DNA of 34,258 nt from positions 1-34,258 of IMG/VR virus record IMGVR_UViG_3300038556_000046, one strand, 5' to 3'. The translations under genes were made by a program, and so were the position numbers. Of this stretch, positions 33,753-34,258 are shown one piece after another. Below the pieces are notes generated by a model. That model had not been told where the DNA came from. It searched no databases and saw nothing but the letters and a program-made list of their open reading frames with translations. Position 1 is the stretch's first letter; each line of letters opens with the position of its first letter. Source of the DNA: a virus (taxonomy: Duplodnaviria; Caudoviricetes).

Positions 33753-34258
33753 TGCGCGAGCCAATCACGATCGAAGCTCACGGGTCCGGAATCGTCTTCC
33801 TGCGCGTCGTGCGGGATATCAAGGCACACTTCCCAGCCCGGCGCTCGGAATGGGCGACAGCGTCCATGATGATCGGATGGGGCGCGATCGTCAGCATGTC
33901 TTTCCCGATCTTTCAGCAGTCGCCGGCCTGGGGAATCATGGCCAAGCTCGCCAGCGAAGATCTATGGGGCGCGGCCGCGATCAGCGTCGGCCTGATGCGC
34001 CTGATCGCGCTCATCCTCAACGGCACGTTCTGGCAGACTTGGTACGGCCGATGGTCACCGCACGTTCGCGCTGCAGGCTGCGGAGCATCCGCGCTCGTTT
34101 GGCTCGCGATCACGCTTGGCCTTTCGGCGTCGCCTTATGTCACGACCGGCCTGCCGATATACGCAGGCCTCTTCGCCTTGGACGCGGTCAACGCCTGGGG
34201 CGCATCGCGTGAAGCCGGCGCTATGGACGGAGCGCGGGCGCGTGCAACAGATTCTTGA
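33749..34258 (+). CDS. Multi-TM membrane protein, holin candidate
   Basis: About 4 hydrophobic segments; ATGA-coupled to the o-spanin within the lysis cassette. Confidence 0.6.
   Translation: MMREPITIEAHGSGIVFLRVVRDIKAHFPARRSEWATASMMIGWGAIVSMSFPIFQQSPAWGIMAKLASEDLWGAAAISVGLMRLIALILNGTFWQTWYGRWSPHVRAAGCGASALVWLAITLGLSASPYVTTGLPIYAGLFALDAVNAWGASREAGAMDGARARATDS

Larger units (their letters stand above)
1..34258. mobile_element. Temperate prophage (lambdoid early region, podovirus-like late region); boundaries extend beyond the window
   Basis: Contiguous int-xis-recombination-cI/cro-replication-terminase-portal-capsid-tail-lysis gene order with frequent ATGA/TGATG translational coupling. No tape-measure, sheath or tube gene recognised. 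Confidence 0.97.

Noticed and set aside
1-34258. CRISPR array, tRNA/rRNA genes, IS elements, recognisable defence operons
   Set aside because: No repeat-spacer periodicity, cloverleaf, transposase or known defence-domain motifs seen on manual reading; tRNAscan and DefenseFinder were not run.

Overview
The whole window is an apparently intact temperate prophage from a high-GC alphaproteobacterium; Hyphomicrobiales/Rhizobiales is inferred from GapR- and GcrA-like genes and the lysis module. The window runs from the integrase stop codon to the stop of a holin-like gene, and no att sites are visible. The left arm (minus strand) carries a tyrosine integrase, excisionase, small accessory genes, an HNH nuclease, a DUF1367/NinB-like gene and RecT. 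The immunity region has an S24-type CI divergent from a Cro-like gene, with TGTAGCGCTACA operators overlapping twin TTGACG promoters. The right early arm encodes GapR, CII-like, GcrA-like, VRR-NUC, a replication initiator and a NusG/KOW paralog in the position where lambdoid phages carry Q. A low-GC moron encodes a serralysin-like M10 protease with RTX repeats and a DUF4214 domain. The podovirus-like late operon encodes TerS/TerL, portal, scaffold, capsid, tail adaptor and nozzle, GNAT, three ejection-type proteins, two tail fibres, a GH108 endolysin, spanins and a holin candidate. The most striking unexplained signal is a recurring stem-loop with a YUCAGAC loop and different but always complementary stems. 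It sits at the ribosome-binding sites of terS, the scaffold gene and a putative nucleic-acid-binding late gene, and twice upstream of the capsid gene, suggesting an undescribed RNA-hairpin regulon for head assembly. All product calls come from motif recognition and synteny, not database searches.
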